20,000 bases of DNA from an uncultured virus (IMG/VR IMGVR_UViG_3300017697_000015). Taxonomy: Duplodnaviria > Heunggongvirae > Uroviricota > Caudoviricetes. The notes under the pieces were generated by a model. That model ran no database searches. It was not told the DNA's origin and saw nothing but the letters and a program-made list of their open reading frames with translations. The position numbers and the translations under genes are program-made. Of the stretch, positions 16,901 to 20,000 are shown piece after piece. The stretch is from the IMG/VR virus record IMGVR_UViG_3300017697_000015, positions 53,154-73,153 of that record; one strand, written 5' to 3'. Each line of letters opens with the position of its first letter. Positions within the stretch are counted from its first letter, which is position 1.

Positions 16901-19900
16901 TTATGCTATCTTGATTAACATTGTTGTGTCAGTAAGTGCCATTCCAATTTTAACTGCATCTTCACCAGTAACAGTACTGATACCGCCTTCTTTTTGAGCA
17001 TAGTAAATCGATCCAGCAGTCAACCCAGTAAATCCAGTCATCTGTCCATCAGTCTGAACAGATACACTATTACCTGTTAAACCATCGTCAGATGAGATGC
17101 CTATCAATCTATCAGCAGAAAGATTACTTACATCGGGTGAGCTGTGCTGGTTTACTATGGCTGCACCTGTCATTTCCATACATGATATATATCTACCAGT
17201 GTTACCCAAGTTAACATGCATACTATATTTACCATGTGCTGCTGTCTGTTGGTTTAATGCTGCTCCATGAGCAGAAGATGCATTAATTGTTGTGCTTACA
17301 GGATCAGTAGTTACAATAGTAATCTCGTTTGCATCCGGCGTTACTACCTGACTGTCAGTAACGTTAGATATCGTACACTTGATAAGGTAGTCAGCTCCAA
17401 TCATAATTTCAGTATCATCATGCGGATTGAAACAAACATTCTGTGCCGTTTCTTGATCAGCCATATTACCCATTGTTGAACCTGTAGACAAGATGACATC
17501 TCCAAGGTCCTTTGCTGTTCCTACTGTGACCGAGCCACTACCTTCATTGAATACAGTACCTATAACAATATCTGTTTGAGCATGAGATGAAGGACCAGTT
17601 AGTGATTTAACTACTAATGCAAATCGTCCACCTGTACTTGAATCAAAATTAGGTTCCCATGCAAAACTCTTTCCTCTGAAATAAGCCGTTGCGTGATCAC
17701 CAATGGACACCGTATCATTGGGAGAAAAGGTATCGCCAACAATATCAACAACCTGTACGCACGAACCACCAGAATTCTTACCAAAAGCCAATAGCATCTT
17801 GTTCCCATCATCTGGGAAGAATCTACAATAAGATGAGTTAGAAGTTTGCATGCCAGGAGAATACGTAGCTAACACGTTAAACGTAGTATCACTTGTCAGT
17901 TGACATAACTCAACCCTTCCGTGTTGTCTACTAGTCTGAATAAATCTGCCAGATACGGTAGGATGCAACGAAAACGATCCATAACTATAAGATCCACCGA
18001 AAGTATTAAAACCGCCTAGATCAGTTAACGCTAATGTACTTGCGTCTATACTGAATCGCAAGGTCACACTATTTGGACCTGAGCGAAACCAAACAATACC
18101 TTCATTGACTGGATCAAACTGAGAGTCAAGACCAGAAGCTGATTGCGCAGTACCAGTTAAAAGACCAGCACGCAGGCTTGGTCCCCAAGTTACTGATCCG
18201 TCTGCTGCAACCAAACCAACGTTATGTTGTGGTGTTGAGTCACCAGCAGAAACCATAAATCTGTTAGGATTAAACGGATCTACCGAAACATAATAATTAT
18301 TATTATTAGAAGGTATAGCATGACTGTGTGTTCCAGTATTTGGATATGCTATTCCTTCTAGTATCGAAGCAGTTTGACCCGGATTCAGATATGGCGTTTC
18401 AATCTTTCCCGATGCATTCATTATAACTGCATCACGAGCATCTATATTTGTAGCAAGTTCAAGACTAATTGTGGAACTTGAACCACCACCAGTTCCTGCT
18501 GCTGCTAATATTTTAGCATCAATTTCAGATTCCATTGGAATCGTTGCATTCCAAGTTGGTGCGGCTGATATTTCCATGTAAAAGGCACTGTTATTGGAAC
18601 TATTGTAGGTTATGAATTCAAGAGAAGATGCTTGACCATGTGTAAATAAGAGACTCGTGCCGGGTATCTGCATACCAGCATTAGTTGATATATTAGAAAT
18701 TAATGTATTATTATTCTGATCATATATATTAAATTTTCCCCTAAGTGCAGAACTTGTACCTTGTACCAATGCATAATTGCCATTATCATAGTCTATTCTC
18801 GTCAATCCAATAGTATGCTGTGTCCAATCAGAGAACCAATTTGAAATAGTAACTGGTGAAACAAATGTTATTGTTTTCGGACCAGAAGTATTATATACTA
18901 CGAATATATTATTTGTCCCACCAGTAGCGTTGATTGTAACACCCGAAGACACTGATGCAACATGAGAAGCAGTAAGCTGCTCTGATCCAACTGCGGCTAC
19001 CGTCTTTTTCCATTCGAAGGTGGATGGTTTAAACCAAGCAAGATCAATAGTAGATGCAGCAGGTTCAGATTCTTGCATATACACATTATCAAAACTTGCA
19101 CCTGCACCATCTGCACCATCTGCGCCATCTGCGCCTGCTGCGCCATCTGCACCATCTGCACCATCTGCACCAGCAGGTCCTGCTACACCATCTGCGCCAG
19201 CAGGTCCATCTTCGCCTTGTATACCTTGGATTCCCTGTGGTCCTGTTGCACCAGATCCCGCTGGTCCTTGTGGTCCCGCTGGTCCTGTTGCGCCTGTTGA
19301 GCCTGTTGCGCCTGTTGAGCCTGCGTTGACTCCGCTAATTTGAGCATCTACGTAAGCGATAGTTGCTTTCAATGCTAACTCATTTGTCATTGTACTTGCG
19401 AAATTAGCATCATCACCAAGTGCATTTGCTAATTCATTCAACGTATCTAGTGCGCCTGGCGCACCATTAATAATATTTGATATTTCTTGATCTACGTAAC
19501 CTTTTGTAGTTACATGGCCTGCCGAAGTTGGTGATCCAACATTAATAATTTGATTATTATCTAGATCGACTTTGTCGCCAAATACAACTGCATTGCCACC
19601 TTGGTCGGTAATTTTCATACCTGTCGCCATTTGCAATGTTGCTGACATGTTTATAGTAGTATCAGAATCGAGTGTTAATACTCCCGTACCTGTAACTTTT
19701 GTTGTGAGTGATTGATTCGGATCTGCTTGAACAACAATAGTTCCACTGTTTGATTCAATAACCTTTTGACCATCGATATATAGCGAACCTTCAGAAAGAT
19801 ACAAATCTCTCCATTTCATCGCTGGTGATCCAAGATCGTAACCTGTTGTTCCGTCTGAATCTATTGTTGGGATAATGTGACCTGACATGAATAGATCGCC

Positions 19901-20000
19901 ATTACCCGATATTCCTTGTTGATTGCCTGCTACGCCTGCTATTGCGGTGTCTACGTAGACTTTGGTAGTTACGTGGTCGATAAGAGTAGGTGATCCAGTA
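16901..20000 (-). CDS. collagen-containing fibre protein 2 (5'-truncated by window edge)
   Basis: Frame is open beyond 19888 to the window end (TGSPTLIDHVTTKVYVDTAIAGVAGNQQGISGNGDLFM), matching fibre 1; Gly-X-Y tract followed by different C-terminal domains. Confidence 0.85.
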   Translation of the reverse strand, partial: TGSPTLIDHVTTKVYVDTAIAGVAGNQQGISGNGDLFMSGHIIPTIDSDGTTGYDLGSPAMKWRDLYLSEGSLYIDGQKVIESNSGTIVVQADPNQSLTTKVTGTGVLTLDSDTTINMSATLQMATGMKITDQGGNAVVFGDKVDLDNNQIINVGSPTSAGHVTTKGYVDQEISNIINGAPGALDTLNELANALGDDANFASTMTNELALKATIAYVDAQISGVNAGSTGATGSTGATGPAGPQGPAGSGATGPQGIQGIQGEDGPAGADGVAGPAGADGADGADGAAGADGADGADGAGASFDNVYMQESEPAASTIDLAWFKPSTFEWKKTVAAVGSEQLTASHVASVSSGVTINATGGTNNIFVVYNTSGPKTITFVSPVTISNWFSDWTQHTIGLTRIDYDNGNYALVQGTSSALRGKFNIYDQNNNTLISNISTNAGMQIPGTSLLFTHGQASSLEFITYNSSNNSAFYMEISAAPTWNATIPMESEIDAKILAAAGTGGGSSSTISLELATNIDARDAVIMNASGKIETPYLNPGQTASILEGIAYPNTGTHSHAIPSNNNNYYVSVDPFNPNRFMVSAGDSTPQHNVGLVAADGSVTWGPSLRAGLLTGTAQSASGLDSQFDPVNEGIVWFRSGPNSVTLRFSIDASTLALTDLGGFNTFGGSYSYGSFSLHPTVSGRFIQTSRQHGRVELCQLTSDTTFNVLATYSPGMQTSNSSYCRFFPDDGNKMLLAFGKNSGGSCVQVVDIVGDTFSPNDTVSIGDHATAYFRGKSFAWEPNFDSSTGGRFALVVKSLTGPSSHAQTDIVIGTVFNEGSGSVTVGTAKDLGDVILSTGSTMGNMADQETAQNVCFNPHDDTEIMIGADYLIKCTISNVTDSQVVTPDANEITIVTTDPVSTTINASSAHGAALNQQTAAHGKYSMHVNLGNTGRYISCMEMTGAAIVNQHSSPDVSNLSADRLIGISSDDGLTGNSVSVQTDGQMTGFTGLTAGSIYYAQKEGGISTVTGEDAVKIGMALTDTTMLIKIA
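19098..19172. repeat. 9-nt tandem repeats encoding (GAD/GAA)n collagen
   Basis: (gcaccatct)n-type tandem array. Confidence 0.85.

Noticed and set aside
15565..19343. Low-complexity ORFs (CTICTI, HLHHL, APSAPS, QQAQQ) at 15565-15887 and 19020-19343
   Set aside because: Alternative-frame readings of the collagen 9-nt repeats.
19886..19888. ATG 19888 as the start of fibre 2
   Set aside because: Frame stays open and homologous to fibre 1 up to the window edge; the true start is outside the window.
8281..20000. Diversity-generating retroelement or invertase shufflon
   Set aside because: No reverse transcriptase or recombinase in the window; repeats are direct rather than inverted; differences between copies look mostly synonymous and not adenine-restricted.
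1..20000. Stop-codon recoding (genetic code 15 or 4) as in some large phages
   Set aside because: Genes are full length in code 11, and TAG (primase) and TGA (ORFs 9503, 10934) act as stops.

Overview
AT-rich fragment of a large T4-like (Caudoviricetes, probably jumbo) phage genome, standard genetic code, almost entirely on the minus strand. The left part (1-8134) is a DNA replication/recombination module: TOPRIM primase, a 192-aa miniature DnaE-like (family C polymerase) protein, a Zn-finger/gp59-like protein, a gp62-like clamp-loader subunit, a possible degenerate Hint-fold protein, a UvsW helicase and an AAA+ ATPase. It carries near-consensus sigma70 promoters and T4-type late (T/C)ATAAATA motifs. 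The right part (8281-20000) is a host-recognition module: two collagen-containing fibre genes with near-identical 5' ends and unrelated or diverged 3' ends, plus three paralogous ~400-aa putative beta-propeller adhesins. The two fibre units end in the same ~70-bp terminator-containing repeat. Most notable: the mini-DnaE that keeps all three catalytic Asp motifs, the conserved-variable-conserved fibre cassette architecture, a probable AUU start for uvsW, and apparently leaderless genes. All family assignments come from motif recognition by eye, not database searches.
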